Assembly: GCA_963795955.1 (NCBI GenBank)
Contig: CAWCJK010000010.1
Coordinates: 37,367 to 101,366, forward strand
Direction of reading: 5' to 3'
Length of the DNA: 64,000 bases
DNA from: an uncultured Verrucomicrobiae bacterium
Lineage (GTDB): Bacteria > Acidobacteriota > Terriglobia > Terriglobales > Acidobacteriaceae
The translations under genes and the position numbers were made by a program. Every line of letters starts with the position of its first letter. Within the stretch, counting starts at the first letter, position 1. Below the pieces are notes generated by a model. That model saw only the letters and a program-made list of their open reading frames with translations, searched no databases and was not told the DNA's origin. This document shows positions 9,862-21,157 of this stretch, one piece after another.

Positions 9862-10674
9862 ATGCTCTTTTTGCGCAAGGTAGTGCGCGGCTCCAGGGTC
9901 ATCTGGGCCTTTGCCACCTCCCTCACCGAACTCGTCATCCGCCGTCCGCAGACCCGGCGCGCTCGGGCCGAGTGGCTCACCCGATTCTGCCGCCGCGTGC
10001 TCGCCGCCGTCGACGTGACCTGGACCGTCATCGGCCCCATCCCCGAACAGGGGGCCGTGATCACGAACCACCTCACCTACATCGACATCATCGTTCACTC
10101 CGCGCTCCGGCCCTGCGTCTTCGTCTCCGCAATCGAGATCCGCAAGATGCCCCTCATCGGCTGGATCAGCATGATGGCCGGAACCGTCTACGTCACGCGC
10201 GGCGCTGGCGGAAGCGCCGCCAAGGCCGCCGGAGGCATGGCGGAAGGCTTCCGCGACGGCCTGCCCGTGGTCTTCTTCCCCGAAGGCGGCACCGGCGTCG
10301 GCGATGTTCCCCTGCTTCCACTTCGCACCGGTCTGCTGGCGAATGCCATCGAAGAGGGCGCGGACGTTACAGCGGGCTATATCCGGTATGAACTCTCGCC
10401 CGAAGACCTGGCCGCCGGAAGATCCACTCGCGATGACGTCCATTGGGGCGACCAGACCCTCCCAGCCCACCTTTGGAACCTCTTAGGTCTGCGCGCGATC
10501 CACGTCTATATTTACTTCGCGCCACGACCCATCGCGTTCTCGCCAGAGGCCAGAGCCGACCGGAAGATCGCCGCGGACGAGGCACGAACCGTCCTTTTGC
10601 ACTTAAGTGGCACGGACGCCGAAGAAAAACAGGTTACAACCAAAGTAACGTCTGGTAACTTACTCCCGGACTGA
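9862..10674 (+). CDS. 1-acyl-sn-glycerol-3-phosphate acyltransferase (PlsC/LPLAT family).
   Basis: Carries the 'NHLTYIDI' (NHx4D) and 'FPEGG' acyltransferase motifs. Confidence 0.75.
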   Translation: MLFLRKVVRGSRVIWAFATSLTELVIRRPQTRRARAEWLTRFCRRVLAAVDVTWTVIGPIPEQGAVITNHLTYIDIIVHSALRPCVFVSAIEIRKMPLIGWISMMAGTVYVTRGAGGSAAKAAGGMAEGFRDGLPVVFFPEGGTGVGDVPLLPLRTGLLANAIEEGADVTAGYIRYELSPEDLAAGRSTRDDVHWGDQTLPAHLWNLLGLRAIHVYIYFAPRPIAFSPEARADRKIAADEARTVLLHLSGTDAEEKQVTTKVTSGNLLPD

Positions 10675-10699
10675 GTTAGATTACCCTAGACACTCTTCT

Positions 10700-12406
10700 A
10701 TGAACCTGGCCACCGCCGCTGCGACGACGCTGCTGATCCTTGCTTGTGTCAGCCTCGCAGCCATCTACTTCAAGGAACGCGCACGCGCGACACGGCTGCA
10801 AGCCGAAATCGACCGTCTTCGCGGGGAGGCCGCACAGAGCCAGGTCGACCTCCTGCAACGGACCGAACTGGACTCCGTTAAGGACGAGTTCATCTCCACC
10901 GTCTCCCACGAACTCCGCACCCCGCTGACCAGCATCCGCGGTGCGCTCGGCCTGCTCTCCGCCGGCCTGATGGGCAAGGTCGATGACCGGGCCGCCAACC
11001 TGCTGCGCATCGCCAGCACCAACACGGATCGCCTCGTTCGCCTCATCAACGACATCCTGGATCTCGAGCGGATGAGCTCCGGAACCGCTCCCCTCCAGCT
11101 CCGGTCCTGTTCCATGCGCGAACTGATCCTTCAGTCGGTCGACACCATGAGCGCCATGGCAAGCGACGCGAAGGTCAAGATTGACATCGTGCCGGAGCCC
11201 GGCAACCTCCCCCTCATGTGCGAGGTCGACCCCGATCGGCTCCAGCAGGTGCTCACCAACCTGCTCTCCAATGCCATCAAGTTCTCGCCAGCCGAGTCAA
11301 CCATCCGCGTCATCACAGAAGCCCGCCCCGGAGAGATGATCGTCCGCGTCGAGGACCACGGACGCGGCGTACCCGCCGAAAAACTCGAGAGCATCTTCGA
11401 GCGCTTCCATCAGGTCGACCCCGGCGACTCGCGCCAAAAGGGCGGCACAGGGCTGGGTCTCGCGATCTGCAAAACCATCATGGTGCAGCACGGCGGCCAC
11501 ATCTGGGCCGAGCGCAACGACCGCAGAGTGCCCGGGTGACGTTGGCAGCACGTTCTGCCTGCGCCTGAACCGTACCGACCGTGACAACAACCTCGCAGGC
11601 GATGCGAGCGCACAAGGCGCGATCCTGGTCGTCGACGACGACCCCGGTGTCCGTCATGTCGTAGCCGAACACGTGCGTAACCAGGGATACACCGTCATCG
11701 AGACCGAGTCCGGCCAGAGCGCGCTGCAGATCGCCGGCCGCGAGCCGCTCGAAGCCATTCTGCTCGACCTCTACATGCCCGGGCTGACCGGCTGGGAAAC
11801 GATCGAGAAGCTCAAGGCAAACCCCGCCACGGCCGCCATTCCGGTCGTGGTCCTCAGCGTCCTCTCGCCCGCGCATGCGCTCTGGGCCGCGCGGTCCCGC
11901 TGCTTGGCAAGGCGCAGGGTTGGATCCAGAAGCCGTTCAACCCCACCCTCTTGGTCGCGGAGCTCGGACGTGTTCTGCACCGTGGCCACGGGCCTGCACG
12001 CATTCTGCTGGTGGAAGACGACCCGGACATCGCCACCTTGGTGCTGTCCAGCTTCGAAACCAACCCGCGGGACATGAACGTACGCGTCGAGCACGTCTCC
12101 TCTGTACAGGACGCCATGCGCGCCTGCGAGACGCAGATGCCCGACGTGCTGATCCTCGACTTGAATCTTCCGGACGGCTCCGGTTTCGCTCTGGTCAAGT
12201 GGCTTCGGCGTCAGCCGAAGCTTTGCTCATTGCCCCTGGTCGTGTACTCCGGCCGGGAGGTCACCCCGGAAGAGATGCAACAGCTGCGTCTCGGTCCGAC
12301 ACAGTTCTTAACCAAAGCTCGTGTTCAGCCGAAGGAGATAGAAGATCTGGTCTTTGCGATGGTTCGCCAAACACAGAATCCCACGCGTCATGGACTCTCC
12401 GCGTAA
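10700..12406 (+). pseudogene. Hybrid sensor histidine kinase (HisKA, HATPase_c, REC, REC), with frameshifts near 11531-11537 and about 11880-11950.
   Basis: The TM N-terminus plus HisKA 'STVSHELRTPLTSIRG' and HATPase_c read up to '...WAERNDRRVPG*'. In the +1 frame the kinase end continues 'GSTFCLRLNRTD' into a REC domain 'ILVVDDDPGV...LLDLYMPGLTGWE...KPF'. A second REC ('ILLVEDDPDIA...ILDLNLPDGSG') follows. The first shift lies inside the homopolymeric run 'gcccgggtg'. Confidence 0.8.
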
Positions 12407-12452
12407 ATCTGAGGCGCTCCTCCAAACGTCAAGACTGAAGAACTGAAAGCCT

Positions 12453-12824
12453 ATGCGCCGCATTTTGATCATCGACGACGAAGACGACATCCGGGAGGTC
12501 GCGGCTCTATCGCTGGAGACCATCGCCGGCTGGAACGTCCTGACAGCCAACTCCGGTTCCGACGGCATCCAAAAGGCCGTCGCTGAACAACCCGACGCCA
12601 TCCTGATGGACGTCATGATGCCCGCCATGGACGGCCCGACCACCTTCAAGGAGATGCAGAAGACCCCCGAGATCGCCCATATCCCGGTCCTTCTGCTCAC
12701 CGCCAAGGTGCAAGGCGTGGACCAGCGCCGGTTCGCCGGCCTCGGCGTCTCGGGGATCCTCTTCAAGCCCTTCGACCCGCTCACGCTCGCCGACCAGATG
12801 AGCAGAGCCTTGGGCTGGAGGTAA
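12453..12824 (+). CDS. Single-domain response regulator (CheY-like receiver).
   Basis: 'RILIIDDEDDIREV...AILMDVMMPAMDGPTT...ILFKPF' is a complete REC domain with no output domain. Confidence 0.85.
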   Translation: MRRILIIDDEDDIREVAALSLETIAGWNVLTANSGSDGIQKAVAEQPDAILMDVMMPAMDGPTTFKEMQKTPEIAHIPVLLLTAKVQGVDQRRFAGLGVSGILFKPFDPLTLADQMSRALGWR

Positions 12825-12880
12825 ACTTTTCCACCCGCAACCGAACCCTCTCGCACCCGGAACTCCCTGACCCCAAACCC

Positions 12881-13210
12881 ATGTCCTCCGCCCCAAGACC
12901 CAACCCAGGCGCTCTTCCCGATCAGTGGATGGCCTCTATTTGGCAGCGCAACCTCCCGGTGCTGCGCAAGCGTCTGGAGGTTCTCTCCGCACGCCACCGA
13001 CGCCGCCGCGCAAGGCTCACTCTCAGACGAAATCCGGAAAAACGCCGCCGACGTCGCCCACAAGTTCGCGGGCTCGCTGGGCATGTTCGGATATCCCCGC
13101 GGCACCGAGATCGCTCAGGAACTGGAACTTCTGCTGGAAGCGGACGCCCCCGTCTCCGCGATGCGCCTGCGCGACTTGACCTCAGAACTCAGCGCCATCC
13201 TGCAACTCTG
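12881..13210 (+). pseudogene. Histidine phosphotransfer (Hpt) domain protein, frameshifted near 12985-13000.
   Basis: After a frame switch the ORF reads '...DEIRKNAADVAHKFAGSLGMFGYPRGTEIAQELELLLE...', which has the Hpt phospho-His motif (AHKxKGSxGxFG). The stop is at 13208-13210. Confidence 0.6.
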
Positions 13211-13251
13211 AAGGCTCCCGCAAGCCACCCTTTGGGTTTGTTCGGCTCCCG

Positions 13252-15929
13252 TCACTGCGTCAGATCGCATGCAAGCGCAGTCCACACGCCCGCCTGCGTG
13301 CCCGACGCATAGTCGATGCGAAGATCCAGGAACTGCCCCGCGCTGACGGACACCGCACCCGACACGGAGCAACTCCCCGTAGTGGTCGACGGATAGCAAC
13401 TCAGCGCCGTGTCGGTCATATTCCCCGGCGTTCCCACGCGAACGGTCACTCGGATCGCGCCGGACTGCTGCGAAAACACGTCCAGCCTCGAAGCCGTGCA
13501 CGCCCGCGGCATCCACGCCAGTACCGGAGCGGTCTCGGTTGAACTCGCATTCGGCGTGTTGATCGCGTAGTAGGAAGTCATATAGCTGACCGCGTGATAC
13601 ACCGCTGCGACCATGGGATTCCCGGTCGGCCCCGCGCTGCCCGTTCCCGAGCCGCCCGTTCCCGCAGCGCCCTGGGGAATCGCGAAGTTCAGCACCGCCG
13701 CCGTGCTCGACCCGGAGTTGGTTACCGTAGCCGCCGACCCGGCCGGAAGCGTGCTCACCGTCCCAATCGTGACCGTTGCCGAGGCGCCGGTTGGCCCCGC
13801 AGGTCCCTGCGCGCCGGAACCCCCGGCCTGCGCCAGCACCGCCCAACTCTGCGGAGCGACATCCGGCTCCTGCCCCGAGTTCTGCTGCAGCGCCAAGTAG
13901 CTTGACCCCGCGAACGTGACCGCGTCATTCAGCAGGTAGTGCGTACCGGCCATCCAGCCGCCCCGGAAGTTGATGCCGGGCGCACCTGCTGGTCCAGTCG
14001 CTCCGGCAGGGCCCTGGGGGCCAGCCGCTCCCTGCGCGCCCGTAGCGCCTTGCGGACCCGCAGGTCCTGGCGAGCCCGTCGCGCCCGCGGGCCCCGGATT
14101 GCCCTGGGCTGCGAGCACCACCCAGTACGCGGGCGACTGCCCCGGCGTCTGCCCGTGATTGCTGCCCACCAGTGACACGTAGCTGCTGCCGCCGTAGCTG
14201 ACGGCGTCGCCGGCGCTATACGAGGTCGCCGCCGAGTACGCGCCGACGAAGTTCACACCCGGCGGTCCGGCGGGCCCCGCTGGACCCGTCGCTCCTGTGG
14301 CTCCCGCGGCACCTTGCGGTCCGGCGGGCCCAGCCGGACCCGCGGGCCCGGACGCGCCCGTCGCCCCCGGCGCGCCCGGCGTTCCGGCCGCCGCAAACAT
14401 CGCCCACGACGACGGACTCGCATCCGGCGCATTGCCATGGTTGTTGTTCACCAGCGAAACCCAGCCAGCACCCTGCCAAAGCACCCCCTGGCCCACGCTG
14501 TAGTTCGCCGTCGAGCTATACGCCCCCTGGAAGCTCATCCCGACCGGCCCCGCCGGACCGATCGGCCCCATCGGTCCTTGCGGGCCCATGGCGCCAGTCG
14601 CGCCCGGGATGCCCTGCGCGCCGGCTTGTCCCGGAATGCCCTGCAAGCCCTGGTCGCCTCGTTCGCCCGGCGGCCCTACCGGCCCTTGCACGCCTGTCGG
14701 CTCCGGTCGCGCCCTGCGGCTCCCGCCGGTCCCGCTGGCCCCATGGGCCCCTGCGCCGTCAGCAGCCCCCACGCTGCGGGCACCAGCCCGGGAGTATTGC
14801 CGTGGTTCGACGCCGGTCAGCGACGCATAGCTCGATCCGTTCCAAACCACCACATCCCGCAGCGCGTAGTTCGCTGTCGAGCTGTACGTCCCCTGGTACA
14901 CAAGCCCCGGCGTCCCCGGCGCTCCGGGTGCTCCCGCCGGCCCCTGCGGCCCCGCCGGCCCTTGGATTCCGATCCCCGGAGGCCCCTGCTGCCCCATCGG
15001 CTCCGGCAGGCCCCACTGCGCCCTGTCGCTCCGGCCGCGCCAACCGACGCAAGAAGCCCCCATGCGCTCGTCAGACCGGGCGTATTGCCGAGGTTCGAAC
15101 GAGCTCTGCGAGATGTACGTGGACCCGGCAAAGGTCACCACGTCGCCGTTCTTGTAGTTCGCCGCCGAACTATAGGCTCCCAGGTAGTTGATCAGGCCAG
15201 CGCCCGCCGGCCCCTGCGGCCCAGTAGCTCCCGTCGGTCCCATAGGCCCGGCCGCGCCCACCGGCCCAGCAGGCCCGGCTGGACCTTCCGGCCCCGCGGG
15301 CCCGGCCGGTCCCAGTCGCCCCCTGAACTCCGCTGCCCGAACCCGCTGCCAGCGCAATCTCCAGTTGCGGCTGGTGCGAGGTCTGGTCGTTCTCCTTGCT
15401 GTCGAACTGGACCACAGCCGAAGCACTGCTCAGGGCCAACCCAAAATTCGATCCCGGATTGCTCACCCAGGCCTGCACCGCGGTCGTCACGTCCACCGTG
15501 ACAAACGCCCCAGCGGCGGATACGTTCATCGTTCCGGTGCTCGGGCCCAGCGACGGCAGCGTCGCAAATGTCACGCCAGACTCTGTCCATGCCGCCGTTG
15601 ACGGACTGCACCGTTACCGCGCCAGGAGTATCCGCCCGGTTGCAAAAGACCCGCAACGTCGCCCGGGTGATCTGCGCCGCCGTGGTTCCGGCGGGCAGCA
15701 CGCCGAGATCAAACTGGACGAGGCTGAGGTAGCCGTTGCCGACGTTCAGGTTGCTCAACCCGCCCGCGTTCACGGTCGGCTGCGCCGACGAGACGTGCGC
15801 GTCCCCGACCAGGGTCGCCTGTACGGCCCAGGCCCGCAGGCCAGCCATCAGCAACACCGCCACGACACACAAGGCGCGGAAGATCCGCGCACACCGGGAA
15901 AGCCCCTTCAACTCCTCCGCTCCGGACAA
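13252..15929 (-). pseudogene. Large secreted protein made of collagen-like Gly-X-Y tracts alternating with CBM5/12-like carbohydrate-binding modules. It appears as three or more ORFs, most likely from frameshifts in the repetitive G-rich tracts.
   Basis: The N-terminal ORF 15192..15929 has a signal peptide and a beta-rich domain. The middle ORF is 15170..15574. The main ORF 13252..15426 has (GPAGPxGPxG)n tracts interleaved with 4-5 repeats of 'GAYSSxANYxxGDxVxYxGSSYxSL...NxGxxPxxxxxxWxxL' (chitin-binding-domain-3 pattern) and a roughly 110-aa C-terminal globular domain. Confidence 0.7.
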
Positions 15930-16065
15930 CGATCACAACTCGGCAAGGCACGTCGCCGCTTCCGTCCTTTCGGACCAAAGCGGAGCACATTGAGACACTT
16001 TCTTCTTCTCTGGTTTCTACGCGCTGCCGAGCCGCTCGACCATTCCCAAAACGAGTCATCGGGAA

Positions 16066-16938
16066 CTACTGAGTGCTGCCCCCAAACGTGTTGCAAGCGC
16101 CCGGGTTACCCGTCTGGAATCCGCGCTGGAACCACTGCTGTCGCTGTTGCGACGATCCGTGCGTCCAGCTTTCCGGGCTCACCGCGCGCCCGCTCATCTT
16201 CTGCAGATGGTCATCACCCACAGCGGCCACAGCGCTCAGCGCCGCAGGTATATCCCCGGGATCGAGGATGTGCTCTTCCTGCGCATGGTGCGCCCACACG
16301 CCGCCGTAGCAGTCGGCCTGCAACTCCAGATCCACCGAGAGGTGGTTTCTGCTGATCCGGCTCGGTGCTCATCAGGTGTTGCACCTTTTGCTCTGTTCCA
16401 AGCAGGTTCTGCACGTGGTGCCCGAGCTCATGCGAGAGCACAAACGCCTGCGCGAAGTCGGCCGTCGACCCCCCAAGCTGCCGCAATTCGTCCCAGAAGC
16501 TGAGGTCGATGTACACCTTCATGTCCTCCGGGCAGTAGAACGGTCCGGTCGACGCCTGTGCCTCGCCGCAACCCGCGTCCGTCTCTCCTCGGTAGAGCAC
16601 AATGTGCGCCTCGCGGTACGGGACACCCTTCGCCGTCAGCGTCTCGCCGCCAGAACTTCTGCACATCCCCGTTCACAAACGAGATCAGTTGGGCATCGCG
16701 GTCCTCGCCCTGCGAGTGAGGCTGCGGCGGCCCTTGCTGCACCTGCTGCGTGGTCTGCGCCGCCGGTGTTGAAGAACGCGCCCAGGAAGTTGTGCCCCGT
16801 CAGCACGCTGATCACCAGCAGCACAAGGAAGCCGACGATCCCAAGCCCACCGCCGCCAAAGCCGAAGCCGCCGCCACCGCCGCTGCTATCTCTGCGGTCC
16901 TCGATATCGCTGCTCAAACCACCCGGTTGCCATTCCAT
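16066..16938 (-). pseudogene. YpfJ-family putative neutral zinc metallopeptidase (Zn_peptidase_2), with frameshifts near 16650 and 16300.
   Basis: N-terminus 'MEWQPGGLSSDIEDRRD...' (16636..16938). Core 'FYCPEDMKVYIDLSFWDEL...DFAQAFVLSHELGHHVQNLLG' (16214..16666). C-terminus 'LELQADCYGGVWAHHA...GDIPAALSAVAAVGDDHLQ' (16066..16335). Confidence 0.75.
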
Positions 16939-17139
16939 ATCAGTTCCCTTCGATCAACGTACTGAACCGACACACCTCGTCGTACTCTGAGACCACATAC
17001 CCGTCATGAACCTCCGGGAACAGCAACGGCGTCTGCGTTCAATCGGTTACCGACCGTTCGATGCCGCTCGCGCCGAGCGCGTCTGTGGCGTCGCGCTCAA
17101 GCCGTCAACCCACGTCGCGATGCGACGTGAACATCCATC

Positions 17140-17989
17140 ATGCAGTCCCAACCATCGCCTGGATCTGATTTGAAGCGCACCGGCACCAAGCTAGGGCAGA
17201 ACTTCCTCGTCGATGAAGCCGCATGCGTTCGCATCGCGGACGCCCTCGGAGACGTTCACGACCGAACCGTCGTCGAGATCGGGCCGGGTCACGGCGCCAT
17301 CACCGCCCACCTCGCCGCGCGCTGCGCCCAGCTCATTGCATCGAGTTCGACCCCGCCCTCGCCCGCGAGCTTCAGTTCCGCTTCCGCAACGACCCGCACG
17401 TCACCGTGCACCACGCCGACATCCTCCAAACAGATCTTCGCCAATTCCTCGGCCGAGCGACCGGCGCGTCCGCTCGACGTCGTCGGCAACCTGCCGTACT
17501 ACATCACCTCCGACATCCTGCTGCACCTGTTCGCCGCGGCTCGCGAGGAGATCCTTCGCCGAGCCGTCGTGATGATGCAGCGCGAGGTCGCTGAGCGCAT
17601 CGCGGCCGACTCCAGGTTCCAGCGAATACGGCGCGCTCTCGGCCATCACGCAGCTTCACGCGCGAGGTCTGCCGAACTCTTCACCCTGCCGCCGGCGCGC
17701 CTTCTCCCCGCCGCCAGACGTCTTCTCCACGGTGATGCGTCTGGACTTCGCTCCCCGCTTCAGCGAACTTGGGGTTCCTTCGAGGAGTTCAACCGCTTTC
17801 TGCGATCCACCTTCGCCCAGAAGCGAAAGACGCTGGCCAACAATCTGCGCGCCGCCGGATTCAGCGCCAGCGCTCTCGCCGCAGCCTGGCCCGAGTCCAT
17901 ACCTCGCGCAGGTGAGGTCTGAGGCTGTCTCGATCGAGTCCCTGGCCGATCTCTACCGGTCGCTTGGCTTCTTTGTCCGAGCAGATTGA
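17140..17989 (+). pseudogene. rsmA: 16S rRNA (adenine1518/1519-N6)-dimethyltransferase RsmA/KsgA, with three or more frameshifts.
   Basis: 'LGQNFLVDEA...VVEIGPGHGAIT', then in shifted frames 'LIAIEFDPALARELQ...', 'VVGNLPYYITSDILLHL...VMMQREVAERI', 'FSPPPDVFSTVMRLDF' and the C-terminus 'RSEAVSIESLADLYRSL'. Confidence 0.8.
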
Positions 17990-18616
17990 GTCGCCGGGTT
18001 CGCCATCTGGAGCAGCAGCCCAGCCTTCCGTCGTACCCGTTCCATCACGCGCTCATCATCCTGGACCTTCTGCAGAACCGGGATGATGTTCCCCACCTCG
18101 ATCGCCCGGCCGTCGGTGACAGCGGATTGCAGCCCATCCATATCCGCATCCAGCCCCAGGCGATCAAACCGCAGCTTCGCATTCAGCCGTTCTCCAAAGC
18201 GCATCGTCTCGCCAAGCGCCTCAAAGACAGCGCGTCGCAACATTCACCCGGTCATCCAGCGAGTAGTTGTACGTGCACTCGAAGCTCGTCGCCGTCCGAG
18301 CTGTACCGCAGCGTCTTGATCCCGGTCTGTGCGATGTTCTTGTTGTGCGACTCGCAGCGGTTCGACTTCACCAGCGGCACGGCCGCGAACATCTTCTTCA
18401 GCGTCGCCGGCTGCACCGCGATCGGGGTCTCCGCCGCGCTGCCCGGATCTGCTTTCGCCGACGAGCGGCGCTGAGTGATAGAACCCGCGGCCGGTCTCCT
18501 GGTCGATGCGGATCTGCATAGCCCGGCGGCGTCGCCCCGGGCCGCTGGATCGTGAAGGTCAGTGACGTTCCACCCGGACCCTGTGCAACGGCCGTAGCGC
18601 CGACCGTGAGCAGCAC
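17953..18616 (-). pseudogene. Hypothetical secreted protein downstream of ruvC, with its reading frame broken two or more times.
   Basis: Three consecutive minus-strand ORFs (18398..18616 with a signal-peptide-like start, 18252..18641, 17953..18243) form one coding region with no recognisable family. Confidence 0.3.
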
Positions 18617-18637
18617 CAGCAGTGCCGCAAGCGCATC

Positions 18638-19141
18638 TCACCGCCGCATCCCCTCTGCCGTCTGCGCATGATGGATGTGGCAGATCGCAATCGCAAGCGC
18701 GTCCGCCGCATCGGCCGGCTGCGGCGCCGCTTCGAGATCCAGCAGGCGCGCCACCATGAACCCAACCTGGTCCTTCGCCGCCAGGCCGTAGCCCACCACC
18801 GCGCTCTTCACCGAAAGCGGAGCATACTCGGCGACCGGCAGCCCCAGATTCGCCGCCGCCAGCATCGCCACGCCCCGCACCTGGCCAAGTTTCAGCGCAC
18901 TCTTCGCGTTAGCCGCGAAGAAGACGTCCTCGATCGCAACGCAGTCCGGCTCCCATGCCGTGATCAGCGCCGTAAGCTCCGCGTACACCTGCGCCAGCCG
19001 AACCGCCGTGTGGTCCTTCTTGCGAAGCCGCACCGCACCCGCGCAGAGATGGCGCAGCCGGGGCGTCAACACCGACGTATCGGCCTCCACGACGCCGTAC
19101 CCCGTGAACTCGGTACCGCAGTCAATGCCGAACACGCGCAT
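18638..19141 (-). CDS. ruvC: Crossover junction endodeoxyribonuclease RuvC.
   Basis: 'MRVFGIDCGTEFTGYGVVE...' plus full-length RuvC resolvase similarity. The ATG at 19141 was chosen over the extended ORF start. Confidence 0.9.
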   Translation of the reverse strand: MRVFGIDCGTEFTGYGVVEADTSVLTPRLRHLCAGAVRLRKKDHTAVRLAQVYAELTALITAWEPDCVAIEDVFFAANAKSALKLGQVRGVAMLAAANLGLPVAEYAPLSVKSAVVGYGLAAKDQVGFMVARLLDLEAAPQPADAADALAIAICHIHHAQTAEGMRR

Positions 19142-19254
19142 GCGCAGAGTGTACCCCGCCGCAGCCGCTGGGAGCACACGACCCGGTACAATCGGTTGGA
19201 ACCTCCGAGAAGACCGCGCAGCGGCGAATAATCGCGACGAGAAAGACACGACCT

Positions 19255-20455
19255 TTGACGCCGACCCGACAAGCTGGTTCCCTTCTGTTTGCAGGGTTCG
19301 TCTCCTTCCTCGCCGCCAGCGGGCACGCGCAGGTACCGCAGGACACGGCTCCGCAGCAGGCTCCCGCGCCCATCGTGCGCGTCACGCCGCGTCCGCCGGC
19401 CACCGCGCAACCGCGGTCACAAACCACGACTCCCGGAACCACACCCGCAACCCACGCCACGCCCCGCGCGACCGCAGCCGAACCTCGACCACAGACCGCC
19501 ACGCCGCGGCCGACCACAACCAGGCCGCAGACCGCCGAGCCCGGCGCCACACCCGCAATCCACACCACGCCCCGAGCGACCACGTCGCCCTCCGCCGCGA
19601 CGCCGTCCGCCACGGCGCCCCGTACCCCAGGTACCTCAACGACCGGCACGACGACCACACCCAGGCCCGCAGCCAAGGCCGGCACCTCGAGCAGCGCGAC
19701 GAACACCTCCAGCGAACACCGGACCTTCACGCCTCCGCCCTCCAGCAACTCCGTCAACCGCACCGTCATCGTGCTCGATCCCGCCCACGGCGGAACGGAC
19801 TCCGGCGCTCGCATCGGTGACACCACCCTCGAGAAGAACGTCACGCTCGCGCTGGCCTTTCGGCTGCGCTCGCTGCTCACCGCGCGCGGCTTCACGGTCG
19901 TCCTCACGCGAGATAGCGACACCGCCACCGAGCCCAACAGCCCTTCCAACCCACTCACGCTCGACGACCGCGCCGGCATCGCCAACCATGCGCGCGGGGC
20001 CGCCTGCTTGCTGCTGCACGCAACCGGCCGCGGAACCGGCGTTCACCTGTACACCTCCGAACTCGAGCCCATCCCCAGCGAAGCCGGCACTCGCGCCTTG
20101 GCTCACGGCGCAGGCCGCCTGGGTTCCCGCCAGCCAGGCGCTGGAGCGGCAGATCGCCACAGCGCTCGGCCGTTCCCAAATCGCCCTCGTCAACAGTGCA
20201 GCCTCGGTCCGGCCGGTGGATTCGCTGTCCTGCCCGGCCTTGGTCCTCGAACTGGCACCTGAGGGCGAAGCCGCAAACAGCATCAACAGCGCCGACTACC
20301 AGGAGCGCGTAGCGGCCGCGCTCGCCGGCGCTCTCGTCTTCTGGAAGGACGCCGTGCAGCCCCCGCCACGACAGGCAGCGCCCCCCGCCACGCACACCGC
20401 GCCGCACCACGCAGCAACGGTCACCCCGAAGCCCGAACCGGAGGCCCAGCCATGA
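19255..20455 (+). pseudogene. N-acetylmuramoyl-L-alanine amidase (Amidase_3, AmiC-like) with a signal peptide and a Pro/Thr-rich linker, frameshifted near 20070-20110.
   Basis: Signal peptide 'MTPTRQAGSLLFAGFVSFLAASGHAQ', about 130 aa of P/T/A-rich linker, then the amidase core 'VIVLDPAHGGTDSGARIG...EKNVTLALAF...LTLDDRAGIANHARGAACLLLHA'. The C-terminal part 'SQIALVNSAASVRPVDSLSCPALVLELAPE' is in ORF 19289..20455. Confidence 0.75.
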
Positions 20456-21157
20456 ACTCTCGCCGCATGCGGGTCCTGTTCTGGGCGCTGTTCGTGTGCA
20501 TCGTCGCGCTGGCGGTCTTGCTGTTCGTTGAGCGCCAGCGCGCACGCGATCGCGTCCGTGACCTCGCCGACCAGACGCCCATCGATGCCCCCTACAGCGA
20601 CGCCGAGGCCGTCACCCTCGATCTCGCCAACGACGACGAAGGCTCCATCACCGCCGACGAGCGCCAGATCGCCCTCCCCAGTGAAGTCACCGGACGCGCC
20701 CGCGCCCTGCTCGACCACCTGGTGTCCGAGTACGCCCTCCCCGGCTCGGCCCATCCGCTCGCGCCCGGCGCCATGGTCAACGAGATCTTCCTGCTGCCGC
20801 TGCCGCTCATCGGCCACACCGTCGACCCGAACAGCCCCGCCACGCTCGAAGGCCGCGTGCAGACCATTCCCGTCGCGCCCAACCCCGATTCGCCGCAGCC
20901 CCGCACCGTCGGCGGCCAACTCGCCGTCATCGACCTGCGCGGCAGCTTCGTCAACAATCACCCCTCCGGCGTCGAGGTCGAATCGCTCACCATCGCCTCC
21001 ATCATCGGCACGCTCCACGCCAACCTCCCGCAGATCGAGCAGGTCCGCTTCCTCGTCGATGGCCAACCCCGCGAAACCCTCGCCGGCCACGCCGACCTCC
21101 TGCGCACCTACCCCGTCGCGCGACACCACCACCCAGAACACCGGCGGCTCGCAGTGA
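20452..21157 (+). CDS. GerMN domain-containing membrane-anchored protein. Its stop is uncertain, because it reads through in frame into murI in this assembly.
   Basis: N-terminal TM helix, then a GerMN-like module 'IDLRGSFVNNHPSGVEVESLTIASIIGTLHANLPQIEQVRFLVDGQPRETLAGHADL'. A TGA at 21155-21157 in the +1 frame overlaps the GTG of murI (GTGA). Confidence 0.55.

Noticed and set aside
14314-15501. 395-aa plus-strand ORF (very Arg/Pro-rich) plus several other ORFs antisense to the collagen/CBM gene (13594..13905, 13970..14158, 14802..15191).
   Set aside because: They are composed almost entirely of R/P/A/G, as expected from reading GC-rich collagen-repeat DNA in the wrong frame or strand. There are no domains. 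The sense strand has clear protein signatures.
18638-18651. Apparent 'MRR*' in-frame stop at the start of the gene downstream of ruvC.
   Set aside because: This is the C-terminus of RuvC (...EGMRR-stop) in the same frame. The downstream gene simply starts at a GTG or CTG a few codons later. It is not a premature stop.
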